A model generated the notes under the pieces. It was not told the origin of the DNA. It saw only the letters and a program-made list of their open reading frames with translations, and ran no database searches. A DNA stretch of 63,000 nucleotides, filler included, from Conidiobolus incongruus B7586 (taxonomy: Eukaryota): assembly GCA_000697335.1 (NCBI GenBank). It is 23 parts of 23 records of this genome, joined end to end, with 100 filler letters (N's around TTAATTAATTAA, not from the genome) between each part and the next. Parts side by side here need not be neighbours in the genome. Positions count along the whole stretch, not along the records: positions 25,594 to 30,985 come from JNEM01003803.1; positions 31,086 to 32,226 come from JNEM01003804.1; positions 32,327 to 33,524 come from JNEM01003805.1; positions 33,625 to 35,267 come from JNEM01003806.1; positions 35,368 to 37,045 come from JNEM01003807.1; positions 37,146 to 39,117 come from JNEM01003808.1; positions 39,218 to 40,224 come from JNEM01003809.1; 16 more parts are not named here. The stretch is one strand, 5' to 3'. Of the stretch, positions 25,494 through 39,223 are shown piece by piece. Within the stretch, counting starts at the first letter, position 1, and each line of letters opens with the position of its first letter. The position numbers and the translations under genes are program-made.

Positions 25494-28161
25494 NNNNNNN
25501 NNNNNNNNNNNNNNNNNNNNNNNNNNNNNNNNNNNNNTTAATTAATTAANNNNNNNNNNNNNNNNNNNNNNNNNNNNNNNNNNNNNNNNNNNNGGTTTTA
25601 TAACTTTTTAATAAATATATAACATATTTAACTAATCTATAATATTATTTTATTATCCCTTTTAAAAATATAAACAACCATTTATTTAATAGTTGACTTA
25701 TTAAATTAATATATAATAATATTTGATTAATAGATTTAATTAATAAAATAAAAATAAATTATGATAATTTTTATTAAATTAATATTTTTTTCAAAATCAA
25801 AATAACAAACATATGTTTAAGTTATAATAATAAATATTTTTTTAATTTTAATAAAATTAAGAATATAATCTTTATATTCAGTATTTAAGTTTTTAAATAT
25901 TAATTTTTTTTTGAAATTAAATATTATATCAAAAAAATTATTTAAACAACCTTTGGCTAGGAATAATAATATTTTAATATATTTTAAAAATTATTTTAAT
26001 TTTAATAATTATAATTTTGATATTCAAAAATATATCACATCCTGATATTATGATATCAACTCAAATCCTAATTAGCAAATATATATTTATAATCATTCAT
26101 TATAATTAGCTATTATAAGTTGAGTAAAAGATTATATAGTTATCTTAATCTAAAATGTTAATATTAAATTTATTTGAATTACCAAATTGAATTGTATTTT
26201 AAAAATATTAACAATAGCCAACATTAATTTTTATCTGAACCTAAATATATATTAACCATAATTAGAAAATTAGATTATATTAGAATTTGAGATCTTTGAG
26301 ATTAACAACACAGATACTACCTTTCATTTTTTAGTAAGTTACGAATTAGGGCTTGATGAAAATGGGGAATGATTCAACTAAAATTAGCTCTCTATATCTC
26401 CTTTTAGTCCTCCTGAATCAATTTTAATTAAATATCGCTGATTTAATATAATCACTATATTTAATTCATCCAATTCAGGTTCGATAATGACTTGATTTAT
26501 TTGAATTATTCAATATTAGCTTAATACTAATTCAGGTGCTTATAAACTTTTACTACTTTGGAAATAGATTTTTCTATTTAATAAAATCAAATTAATTTGA
26601 AACTAAAATATAAACATAGAAAGGAGTGTTGACATAATGCATTCTATACAATTAATATTTAAACAAGTATTGTTGTGAGTTCAGTAATATATATGTCTAA
26701 TTTTTAATGAAAATGATTAAAATAAATTAGAAATTAAAGGCAGAAATAACTTTGATAATTTCTAATTAATTATCAAATTCAAAAACATGAAAAATATTAT
26801 TTATTTACATAAGAGACTGGCAGTGATTCATTCATGATTAATTCATTTTTTGAATCCCTGAATAAATTAATTATTACATCGTTGTATATTTTACTTACTT
26901 AAAAAATGTAGTTTATATTTACTTAATTTGCTGATATGGGAATAGCATAACTTAGTAAAATGATTATAAAATTTAATAACTATATTATTACTACAATTTA
27001 ATAGTATTATTATTGATTTGATATATAATTAATTGCATATTTGATTATTATAGAGATAAATTATTATATGCGACATTGAATATCATTATTTATTTCAAAT
27101 ATAAATATTTGTTTAATATTTATATTATTGACATTTTTAAATAATATGAATTTTAAATATTAAAATTATTAATTGAAATCTATCTACTTAATTTGTCTAT
27201 TAAAAATCACTCAATTACAGTAATATTGATATTGAAAAATAATTTAGTCTGAGCTAAATTTGAAACTGACTATAAAATTATATTAATTGCTTAACTTTTT
27301 GTTTTCCTTTGTAAATGTAATAAATTGATGTAGAATTGAATACAAATTGCTCTGAAGTATTAATTAAAAGTTTTTGAATATAAATTATATTATGAAAATA
27401 CATATTATGTAATGAATAAAATATTAAATTTTACCAAACTAATATAAAATTTTAAAAACAAAGATGTAAAATTGAATAAATTATTATCAATTGAAAGTGG
27501 TCTATGGATCTAGATAATTATAATGTAAGATTGCCAAAATCTTAGGTAAAGATTTGCAATTGTTATATTGACATGTCGGAGATTAATAACTATATGATTA
27601 ATAACTTTACAAAATCTCAATTAAATTGGAATTCCTTAATATGGAAATTTCAAAAATAATAATTTGATATTATTAATTATTTGATATTGTTTTCTAAATT
27701 TTAGTTCAAATTAAAAAAAGATTATTTTTATTTAATATAAATGATTTTATACAAATTGAAAGTAATATAAAACAATTTATAATAAATTTAATATATTATA
27801 ATATGATGTAAAACAAGATATATTCATCTCCCTACTTTTGATTTTCCTTTGTATTTTTGATTCTAATACTGAATTAAACTTAGATGCGAATATTAGGTAG
27901 AATTGAAGAAAAGAAACAAATTTCAAAGCAATTAATTACATTGATTGGATTGAGGAGCCGAATAAATAGTCCCATTAAACAAATAACCAGAGTCTTAATT
28001 TGGAATTTTTTGTTCAACCACCTTAAATGTAATCTCAAATATTCCTAAGCCCTCCCAAGTCCTTTCAGTTGAGAATGATTTCACATTATTGGGGTATATA
28101 AACATTATTTGTTGTCAGTTTTAATTCAATTATTTTTCAATTTTATTTAATCTATTTAGTG

Positions 28162-29277
28162 ATGGGTGCTTGCTGTTCTTCAAAATCACAGTATTTTGTC
28201 TCTAATAAATATGTTGAAGATCAATTGAAATTAGAAGCTGAAAAATATCATAAAGAAATTAAATTGTTATTATTAGGTAATTAATATATTATTATTATTA
28301 TTATTATTAGAATTTTTATTGATTAATTATGACTTATAGGTGCTGGTGAGGCTGGAAAATCCACTGTATTAAAGCAGATGAGACTTATTCATAATGAAAG
28401 TTTTACAAAACAGGAGAGAGATACATATTCCAAATTAATATGGTATAATATGATTACAACAATGTATGCTATTCTTGACCATATGGATCAAAACAACATT
28501 TCTTTCGAGAACCAATCTTTAAAATATCAAATCACTGACTTTCCTCAAGCACCGGAAACCCAGTGGGATATCTCCGACCCGCAAATATACTCGAAATGCA
28601 TTACACAGTTTTGGAATGATCCTAAAACCAAGTCGACACTCAAGCTTATGACCGAGACCGAAGTGAATATGGACTATTTCTTCGACAAAGCGAACAAGAT
28701 CCTTATATCCACCTACCAACCAAGCGATCAAGACATCCTTAACGCCAGATTGAAGACGATGGGCATTGTTGAAACCATCTTCAAAATGGGACCAATGAAC
28801 TACAGATTAATAGATGTTGCAGGTCAAAGATCTGAACGACGAAAGTGGATTCACTGCTTTGATAATATAAAAGCATTACTATTCATTGCAGCCATCAGCG
28901 AATATGACCAAGTATTGAGAGAAGATCAATCAGTGAACCGCGTCCAAGAAGCTCTTACACTATTTGAATCGATATCCAATTCGGAGTGGTTCATGAATAC
29001 AGCAATTATTCTATTCTTGAATAAGGTGGATCTCTTCGAAGGAAAACTCAAAATTTCCCCGATTAAAAAATACTTCCCACACTATACTGGGTCTGATGCG
29101 GATTTTGATGCAGCATGTTCTTTCTTTCAGAAAATGTTCCTTAGATTGCATAATAACTCTCAGAACCAGGTTTACACTCATTTTACACATGCAACAGATA
29201 CTACACAGATGAAGCATGTCATTGAATCCGTTAATGATATTATTATGAATCAAAACTTAGAAAAATTAGGATTTTAA
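28162..29277 (+). CDS. Heterotrimeric G protein alpha subunit, 350 aa; exons 28162-28276 and 28340-29277
   Basis: MGACCS N-terminus (myristoylation and palmitoylation motif). KLLLLG|AGEAGKST spans a 63-nt GT-AG intron. Other motifs: RLKTMGI, DVAGQRSERRKW, FLNKVD, THATDT. Confidence 0.97.
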
Positions 29278-31085
29278 TATTTAAATCATTCAATAATTCA
29301 ATTTCCCTTAATATAATGTAATTTTATTTTCTTTCTTAATATAAAATAATAATAATAATAATAATTAAAAATAAATAAATTTTAATAATGAAAATAATCA
29401 TAAGATTTTTTTATTAAATTAATTTATAATTAATCTTTAATTGGAGAAAATTAATCTACAAATATAAAAATCTGTTAATAGTAAAAATAAAAAAAATTAA
29501 TTACATAATATTATTATATTATTTTTTAAAATTCCTTGATTTTTTTAATTAATTTCAAACTCTCTCTAATTTTAATATAATTGATAATATATCTATATAT
29601 ATATATATATTATTTATTTATTTTTTTATATTATTATATTAATACTACTTATTTAAGATAAAGTGATTGATTTAATAAAATAAATAATCTTTTAATATTT
29701 TAAAATTTAATCTTATATTTTTTTATTCAAGAAATTTTTATATATTAATTTATTTATTATAATCTTAATTATAAACAATTAATATTAGATATTTGATAAC
29801 TTATTATTTATTTTTATTATAAAATTTTATTTAAATTTTGAATTATAAAGAAATAATTATATAATATAATTATAAATAAATAAATAAATTATAATAATAA
29901 ATTATTATTATAGTCAAGTATTTTGATAATAAAGTTATTTCCATATTGCTATTATATATTGTCATTATTTTTAATTCATTTATATATAGCAAAACCTTAT
30001 TAGCTAACCATAGTTATTTTCTCAAAATTGATGAATTTTAACCTCTTAGAAGGTAAGTCATAATCCATGAATTACCATAGATATATAACCTTAGTTAAGG
30101 ATATTATAATAAAAACACCTTTTTCTATTATAAATCCATTAATTACTTGAATTTTTATATTATTACTTACCAATTGGTGATTAAGTCAAGAACCAAAATA
30201 ATATTAAATCTTGGTAATTTTTGGTAAGTAATATTATGAATATTTATAATTTATAATTTATAAGCAATTTATTTTTACTATTACTTATCCTTGCGTTTTG
30301 ATATATCTAGAAAGTATAATATCCAACTATTTACCAGATTCTTGATATTAAGTCAAAACTTATTATCAATATTATTTTTTTATTTAATTTTAAAATTATA
30401 TTTAAATTTAATATTTTTTAAAATTTATTTTTTAAAAAAAAGCTTTGATATATTAATTCAAAATATAAGTTATATAATTTTGAACTATGGTAAAATAAAT
30501 CTGGAATAAACTAATATTATCATAGATATTGAATTTATTCTCTTATATATAAATATAATTCTATATTAATTATAATTTTTTTTATCTTTTTTAGAAATTA
30601 TTTGGATTCTATATTCAAAATTATAATTTTTAATTTTAAAAAAAATTATAATTAAATTCGTTTCTTTATATCAAATTAATTGACTTATATAATCATTTAT
30701 CATAAGGATTCAAAGTTTATAAATACAAAGTATAATATATAAGAATTAATTTTTTTTTCCCATAATAAAAAATTTATTTAAAAAAATATTATTCTAAAAA
30801 ATAAATGATACTTAATTTATTCATTAAATCATTCATAATATTAAATTTCATTAAATTTATTATTTAAATTATCAAGATATGATTTAATCATATTAAATAA
30901 ATATAAATCTATAGAGTTAAAATATTTTTTTAAATTATTATTTAAATTAATAATTATTATTTTGATATTTATATTAATAAAATTGNNNNNNNNNNNNNNN
31001 NNNNNNNNNNNNNNNNNNNNNNNNNNNNNTTAATTAATTAANNNNNNNNNNNNNNNNNNNNNNNNNNNNNNNNNNNNNNNNNNNN

Positions 31086-32226
31086 TAATAAATTAATAGG
31101 TTTTAATATTTATTTTATCAATTATAATAAATATCTTAATTTAATAATTCTTCTAAAACTTTAAATTAACTTACTTTTAAATATTATTGATTTTAATTTA
31201 ATATCAAATATATTAATTTTTTTGTTAAATTTAATTTGGAAAAAAATTAAAAGATTATAAAATAATAATATTCAAAGTTATTTAAAAACCCTCTTAAATA
31301 TAGAACTAGTATATTTATATAGTTAGAATAACTTACCCTTAAACTTATTTTATTTAAGTTTAATTTAAATCCAAAATATTTACTATTATACTATAATCCT
31401 TATAAGATTTAATCTATTAATTTAATTTTTGAAAATATTATCTTTGAATTATCTTTAACTTTAAGGATTAACTTTACTTTTTATATATCTAAAATTAAAC
31501 TATATTTTAAAGATTTTAATATTTTTTTTAAATGATTAAAAGCTTTAAAACTAGATTTAATTATTAACTAATAAAAAGAAAAAAATATTTGTTAATTATA
31601 TAATTAAATCTAAAGTTATTAGGAATAAGCTTTATTTCTATATATAATAAATAAGTTATTTTATTAAAAAAGCTATATAAAAACCTTTAGAAAATATTAA
31701 GAATATTATAACTTATAATATTAATTTATAATAATATAAAGAGTATATTTTTTTATAAAAACTTATTAAAAGAGTATTAAAAAACTAGTTCTCTAAAATC
31801 TTATATATATTTTTATATAATTTAATTAACTACAAATTATATAATTACTATATACTTTTATTGTTAAATTAATTATATAAATAACATTGATTTATTTAAT
31901 AAACTAAGTTTTTCTTTTTTCTCTCAAAACCTTATTATTTATTATCTTTTATTTTATTCTTAAGGTTGAGACTATATCCTATTAATATTATAACATATTA
32001 ATAACTTATCTTAATTTGAAGCTTAATTAAATTTTATTTATTATCCTATATTATATGATTATATTTTATATTACACTATCCTTATATTAAATCTTCCTCT
32101 ATATTATATTAATAGCTTACCATTATACCTTTAATATTAAATATAATATAAATATAAAAAAAATTAATAATTATAAAATATATCATTATTTTTAATATAG
32201 TTTATATTTTATTTTAATCAATATTA
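31086..32226 (+). mobile_element. 3' end of a chromoviral Ty3/gypsy element (GPY/F, chromodomain, LTR at about 31860-32130)
   Basis: PKYLLLYYNPYKI (31371-31409, GPY); ELSLTLRINFTFYISKIKLY (about 31446-31505); KLYFYI**ISYFIKKAI*KPLENI (about 31627-31700, chromodomain Y.V.W.GY....TWEP.EN). The downstream segment is homologous to about 36750-37045(-) and 62050-62350(+). Confidence 0.8.
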
Positions 32227-32326
32227 NNNNNNNNNNNNNNNNNNNNNNNNNNNNNNNNNNNNNNNNNNNNTTAATTAATTAANNNNNNNNNNNNNNNNNN
32301 NNNNNNNNNNNNNNNNNNNNNNNNNN

Positions 32327-33480
32327 ATTTTGATTTTAAAATTTATATTTATAATTAATTATATTTTAACTAAATAATGATTATCAAAAGGCTTTAATTT
32401 TTATATCTTTAAAATTTAACTCTAAACCCTTTAAAATCATCTAAAACTTGCAAATAGCTTATAATGATGGTGTTTTATTTAAATCTACCATATATTGATT
32501 GATTTATAATTTTAATATTAAAAAGGGTATTATTTAAAATTTACCAAAATTTAAAAAATTAATTTTTATTATAATTTTTTATTTACAAATTGAGTAAAAA
32601 AATATATTAAGAAATAACTCTTTATTTTTGTTAGAAAACTATCAAAATAATTTAAAATTAATTATAAAAATATATTATATAAATTCTTAAGTTTAAACCT
32701 GGTTTAATAAATAAAAATATAAAATAGATATCTTATAATTTAATAAAAGCATAAAAAAAAACTAAAATAACTATTACTAAACTAAACTTATTAAAATAAA
32801 ACCAAAAAATAATTTTTATAATAAATACATATAATTAATGAATTTTGGATTTTTTATATAATTCTTTATCTAAAAATAAAATAGGATATTAGGTTAAACT
32901 AAATTGATTCTTTTTATGAATTCTAATAAATAAATATTTTAAATATAAAAAAATATTAATTATTTTGATGGATTATAAAAATATATTATTATTTTAATTA
33001 ATACCTCAAAATAATCAATTGTAATTAAATTTTATTATTATTTTATATAAACAAATTTTTAATTTATATTTTTAATTTAAATTAATAACACCAATTATAT
33101 TATATAATAATTATAAAATATATAAAGCTAAAGCTTTAAAAAATTATTTATATAAAAAACTAGATAAAGCTACCGTATCTAATATATTCGCTTAATTATA
33201 ACCTGTATAATTATAATTATTTTTATATAATTAAAAAAAATTAACAAGAAAAATAATTCTTGCAAATAAATTAAATTAATAAATAAATTATCAAATTTCA
33301 GTTTTTAATAAAAAGAACTATTTTTTAAGAATCAGAAGCTTATTAAAAATATTGAAAAAAATTATTAATAATAATATAGGTTATGAATTTTATATTATTT
33401 AATAATTTTTATATATTATGGATTAATTTATTTTTTCAATTTTAATTTCAAAATTATGCTTTTATTTAATTTTTGCATTA
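32327..33480 (+). mobile_element. Degenerate mariner, divergent subfamily B
   Basis: Colinear with the family but shares diagnostic variants (atctttaaaatttaact, gatggtgttt) with 40325-40982. Confidence 0.8.
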
Positions 33481-33635
33481 ATATTTAATTTAATAAAAAT
33501 ATCAAATTAATATATATTAAAATANNNNNNNNNNNNNNNNNNNNNNNNNNNNNNNNNNNNNNNNNNNNTTAATTAATTAANNNNNNNNNNNNNNNNNNNN
33601 NNNNNNNNNNNNNNNNNNNNNNNNATTTAATTATA

Positions 33636-35198
33636 TACTAGCCTATAAAAATAAGTAATAAAATTAAAAATATATATATTTCTATTACTATCTTATTCAA
33701 TTCTAATTTAAATAAACTTATATTAAACTATGTAATTAATATATATTTTTTATTTATTATATAATATATATAGTTAAATTTAATCAATTATTAATTGATA
33801 TATTAATATTAAAAATATACTTAAGATAAGTCATAAATTTGCAGATTTTAATATAAATAGAAAAATTAATATCTAGTATATCTATTTTTTGCTTTTCTAA
33901 CTTCTTTAAGTTTATGGGGCATAAAGTCAACTAGCTTCCTATATTAAGCAAAATTAATATTATTCTAAGCTTCTTAAATATACTCTTAAAGTTAATCTAA
34001 ATTTTTTACTAGGGGGAAAGCTTTAATTAATTTTTTTAGTTGATCCTAAAGATATTTAATTAGGTTAAGATTAGGAGATTAAAGAGGCTATTTTATAATA
34101 ATTATTTTGTTATTTTTAAGCCATTTAATAGTAAAACTTGTAGTATAGTAAGGTGTATTATCTTGTTAGAAAATAATATTTGATTTTTTTAATCTATACC
34201 ACTCAATAGTTTTTTTCAATTTATCATTTAAAATACTTTAATATATCTCAGTATTAATTCCCTTATCAACCTTACAAAGATATTTTACACCTAAAGATAA
34301 TATATATCCTCAAACTATAATTAACCTATTATTGTATTTTTGGGTGGTAATAACATAATGGTTATAAAGTAATTCTTTATCTTTTTTGAAATATCTAGCT
34401 TTTTTATTAGATTTATTAAAATATATCTTTTTTTCATTAGACTAAATAACTTTAATCTAGTCAGTTTTAGTTTAACTTTAGTATTAACATTTAAACTCCT
34501 ACCTAACTTTATAGTAAGACTTTTTTAATTGGGCGTGTTTTTTCTTAAAATATGAGTAATATCTATTCTAATATAAAGCATGTATAATAATATCAATACT
34601 AACTAATATTCTTATATAGTCTTATAATTCTTTTTGTACTTATATAACAATATTACACTTACTTATATTAACTAATCTATAGATATATTTTTCATCATGC
34701 TTATCTATAATTTTAGTGTGCTTAAGTTTTAGTTTAGGTGTTTTTTTAGCATTGTTCTTAATAACCTTAACTATAATAGATTAGCTAACATTAATAATTC
34801 TAGTAATCTCATAAGTTGATTTATTTTTATTATAAAGTTGATTAATATATAAGTGAACTTTTTTAGAGATAGATTTAGGTATTATAATATTAATTTTAAA
34901 ATATTAGCTTAATAATTTTATAATATATATAATATAACAAAAAAAAATATATATAAGTTTTGTTATTTAAACCCCTATAACTTATTAACTTATAAATTTA
35001 TAACTTATCTTAGTTAAATTTTAGGTTTTGATATATTAACCAATAGCTAATGTAATATAATCATATATACTTAATTATAATCAATTAATATAGACAAATT
35101 ATATATTTTAATTTAAATTTATTTAATTAGGAAATATTTAAGATATAAGTAAATATTTAAGTAATTTTGATTTTATGACTTACTTTTGCAGGCTAGTG
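33636..35198 (-). mobile_element. Full-length degenerate Tc1 with IR/DR termini, TA flanks
   Basis: TA|tactagcctataaaaataagtaataaaa ... ttttatgacttacttttgcaggctagtg|TA; colinear with 13651-15225. Confidence 0.92.
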
Positions 35199-35367
35199 TA
35201 TATCCTTATATAAAATTTATATTAAATAATTAATATTAAAAAAAATAAATATAAATGTTAAGTAAAANNNNNNNNNNNNNNNNNNNNNNNNNNNNNNNNN
35301 NNNNNNNNNNNTTAATTAATTAANNNNNNNNNNNNNNNNNNNNNNNNNNNNNNNNNNNNNNNNNNNN

Positions 35368-37045
35368 AAAATAAAATAAATTTTAAATAAATATAAATAT
35401 AAAATATCTTTTTAAAATTAATAACAAGGTGATAGTTAAAGTTAAAAAAATATCAGATAAATTAGTTAGCAAAATATTTTTAGATTTTAATAATTTATTA
35501 AATATATATTTAATATATATACTTAGTTAATAAAATCATTAATTTATTAATATTTTTTTGGATTAAGTTTGAATTTGCTAAATATTTGTAAAAACATAAT
35601 TTTAAAGTTATATTAATAATATTTAAGTTTATTTTATTATTAATAAATTAAAACTATTATAGATTTAATAAATATTATTTATTATGTGATATTTATTCAT
35701 AATATAGCAAATTTAGTCTTTTTAACTATAATAGCAATTAATATTTATTATTAAATATACTTTAACTTTTTTATTAAATATTTTTTCATAAAGTTTTAGG
35801 ATATAAACATTTATAATTAAAGATTGAAAAAATTAACAATTAATCTTAAAATATTAATTCTCTATAGAAAAATTTTGATTATAAAATAAATCATAATATT
35901 ATATATATTTATTATGATTTAAATATCAGAAAAAACATTTCATTAAAGTTTTTTTTATTAATTAATTAAAGTGTTATTTAAAAATTATAATATTATATTG
36001 ATTTATAAATTTATTCTTCTTTATTTATTTTTGATATATTGAAATATAACTCATTAAATTTCTTAATTAAATATCATATTAAAGCTTTTCAATTAAATCA
36101 AAAGAGTTTTTCTTTTAATAATAAAACTTGGTTTTTGAAGTAATAGCTTTTTTTATAGTTTTTTCCAATTATTTATATATTTAAATTCTGATGGCAAGTT
36201 TTATATTTAAAGAATTATTAAGATTAAAACTATATAAAGATAAATACAAGGTATAAATTATATTTTTTTAAAAAAGAAATTACTAATCTAAAAATATTTT
36301 TTAAAACTTTAATAAAAATTAAAACAGCATAATTTTTATATTTGTAAAATAATTTTTAAGTTTATATAAGTTTTTTTAATTATGTTAAATAATTGATTTA
36401 TTTTTAAATATATTAAAATAATGATTTTATATATTAACTATAGTAAAATTGCTAGTTTATCAGATTTAAGCTTATTTATTTATGTTTTTTCAATCAAAAG
36501 TTATTTAATATAAGTTTTATAATTGATAATAGACTCTTAAAGATTGTAGTATTAAATTCACTTAATAATTTAGCTATTATGATTATTAAAATAATATAAG
36601 GGTATTTTTTTTAATAGGACTGAAATATATAATATTAAATTTAAATGAAATATATTATTAATAAGGATTACAATAATAACGATTAAACTTAATATATTTG
36701 GTTATTAGTTTTCTAATAAATTTTTTAATAGTTTTGTCACTATTATTATATAAGCACTAGTGGTAAAATATAAATTTAATATAAAGAGAGACTTATTATA
36801 ATATTAATAAAATAGAGAATATAATAAAAATTGTATATAAAGGTAAACAAAATATAATTAAACTCTAAACCAAAATAAGTCACTAATATATTAATATTAA
36901 TAATAAATAGTTCATATATACCATAATATTAATCAAATATAGTCTTAAACTTTAAAATAATTTAACAATAACAAATAATAAAGATTGAATGGAAAAAAAA
37001 GCTTAAATATTAAATGATTTAATATAAATTATATAATGAATTTAT
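35368..37045 (-). mobile_element. Ty3/gypsy LTR plus 5'/gag-region relic
   Basis: 35745-36440 aligns with 3590-4282. 36480-36620 aligns with about 62495-62640. About 36750-37045 aligns with the LTR at 31860-32130. Confidence 0.72.
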
Positions 37046-37145
37046 NNNNNNNNNNNNNNNNNNNNNNNNNNNNNNNNNNNNNNNNNNNNTTAATTAATTA
37101 ANNNNNNNNNNNNNNNNNNNNNNNNNNNNNNNNNNNNNNNNNNNN

Positions 37146-37829
37146 TTTTATTAAATCTATTAAATTATATTTTTTTTAAAAAAAATAACTTTATTTTAAT
37201 TAATTTTAATTTAATATTAATAGTAATATTTAAACTCCCATTTAACTTTATAATAGGATTTTTTTAATTAAGGGTGTTTTTTCTTAAAATATAAGTGATA
37301 TTTATATTGATATGCAATATATATTATAATATCAATATTAACTAATATCTTTATATAGTTTTATAATTCCTATTATATCTTTATAATAATACTATATTTA
37401 CTTATATTAATAAGCCTAGAGTTATATTGTTTATTAAGTTTATTTATGATATTAACATAATTAAATTTAAGTATAAATATGTTTTTATTATTATTTTTAA
37501 TAATTTTAACTATAGTAAACTAACTAACATTAATAATTCTTATAATATTTTAAGTTGAATTATTTTTTTTAATAGTCAATTAATATATAAATGATTTTTT
37601 TTAAAGAGAGATTTAATTATAATGATACTATTTAAAAAATATAATATATCTATAAAATATAATATTCAAATAATAATAAAAAAAGAGATATGGTTATAAA
37701 TTATTAAATTTATCTTTTTATCTTACAAATTTATAAATTTATATCTTATTTAAGTTAAATATTAAAGGTTAATATTTTTGCAAATAGTTTATTAAATATA
37801 TTTAAATATATTTATTTAGTATCAAATAA
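37146..37829 (-). mobile_element. Degenerate Tc1 5' part, cut within its long TIR by a mariner
   Basis: Colinear with about 34430-35090; homology stops at ...tatcaaataaTA, where the mariner TIR starts. Confidence 0.8.
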
Positions 37830-39117
37830 TATTACTTTGTATTTTTAATAATGGGAATTTTTTGCAATTCAAAATAAATAAATATTTTAATATAAAATAT
37901 ATAAAAATAAATAAATAATATAAATTTAATAATTTCCTTTATTATTAATAACTATTTATTATACTTCTAATAAAAATCTAATACCTAAAAAACTGTCCTT
38001 TTTATTAAAGACTGAAATTTGATGTTTCACAAACCAATTAAATTTTTTTGCAAAAATTTTCTTTCCTGTAAGCTAGTTTTTTAATTACCTAAAGCAATTA
38101 TAATTACATAGGTTATAATATAAAGAGTATACTAGATGTGGTAGTTTTTTCCAGTTATTTTTAATTAGAAAGTTTTTTTATAATTTTAGATTTATATATT
38201 TTGCAATTAATATGCAAAATAATTGATCTTCTTAAATTTTATTAAGAATACTAATTAGAAATACTTTTATATAAAAAAGCAATATAAAGTTTACTATTAA
38301 TTGATTTTCCTTCAGGAACTAAATAAAAGTAGCATATATCTTTATAATCCATTGCAATAATTAATATTTGCCTATTAATAAAATACTTATTTAAAAGGAT
38401 TTATAAAGGGGGTTGATTTAGCTTAATCTAGCATCTTGATTTATGTTTTGGTAAAGGATTATATAGAAATCTAAGATTCATCAATTATAATTATTTATTA
38501 TAAAAGTTTAGGCTTCTAGTAATATTTTAGTAAGTTTTGTTTAGCAATAATTATTCTAGCTTTTTTCTGAGCTTTAGTTAAATTATAAGGTACCTATTTT
38601 GTATATTTATTAAATAATTTGAGTTTAAACTTTGATATATATAAAATACTTATAAAACTAATATTGAAGTGCTTAGATAATTCTCTAGCTGAAATAAAAA
38701 GGTGCTTTTCAATATAATTTTTCACTCTATTAATAATTGAAAGAATAACAATTGAAATTAGTCTTCTAGATTTTAGCAAGTTTTAGATAATTTCTCTCCT
38801 AACCTTAAATTAATTTACCCAGTAATAAATTATTAATTTAAATAATGTTTTATTACCAAAAGTTGATTGTAAATTTTGAATAATTTTAAAGGATTTATGG
38901 TTAAATTTTATAGATATTAAAATAAAAACTTTTGATAATCATCATTTAATTTAAGTATAATTAAATAAAACAACAAATTTTAAAAAATTATATTTTAATC
39001 AAAAAAATTATTATATATATATATATATTTTAAAGATATATAATTTCCTATTAACTTTATATATGGTTATTTAATTCAAATTAATAATATGTTTGAAAAA
39101 TAAGAAATTAAAAAATT
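37830..39117 (-). mobile_element. Degenerate mariner, near full length
   Basis: 3' TIR tattactttgtatttttaataatgggaattttttg. ORF 38594-38779 is part of the HTH region, followed by K*VPYNLT. Runs to the contig end inside the 5' TIR. Confidence 0.92.
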
Positions 39118-39223
39118 NNNNNNNNNNNNNNNNNNNNNNNNNNNNNNNNNNNNNNNNNNNNTTAATTAATTAANNNNNNNNNNNNNNNNNNNNNNNNNNN
39201 NNNNNNNNNNNNNNNNNAAGCTA

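Noticed and set aside
28519..29253. Antisense ORFs 28519-28731 and 29011-29253, and overlapping ORF 19826-20113
   Set aside because: Shadow frames of real genes with no independent coding signal.
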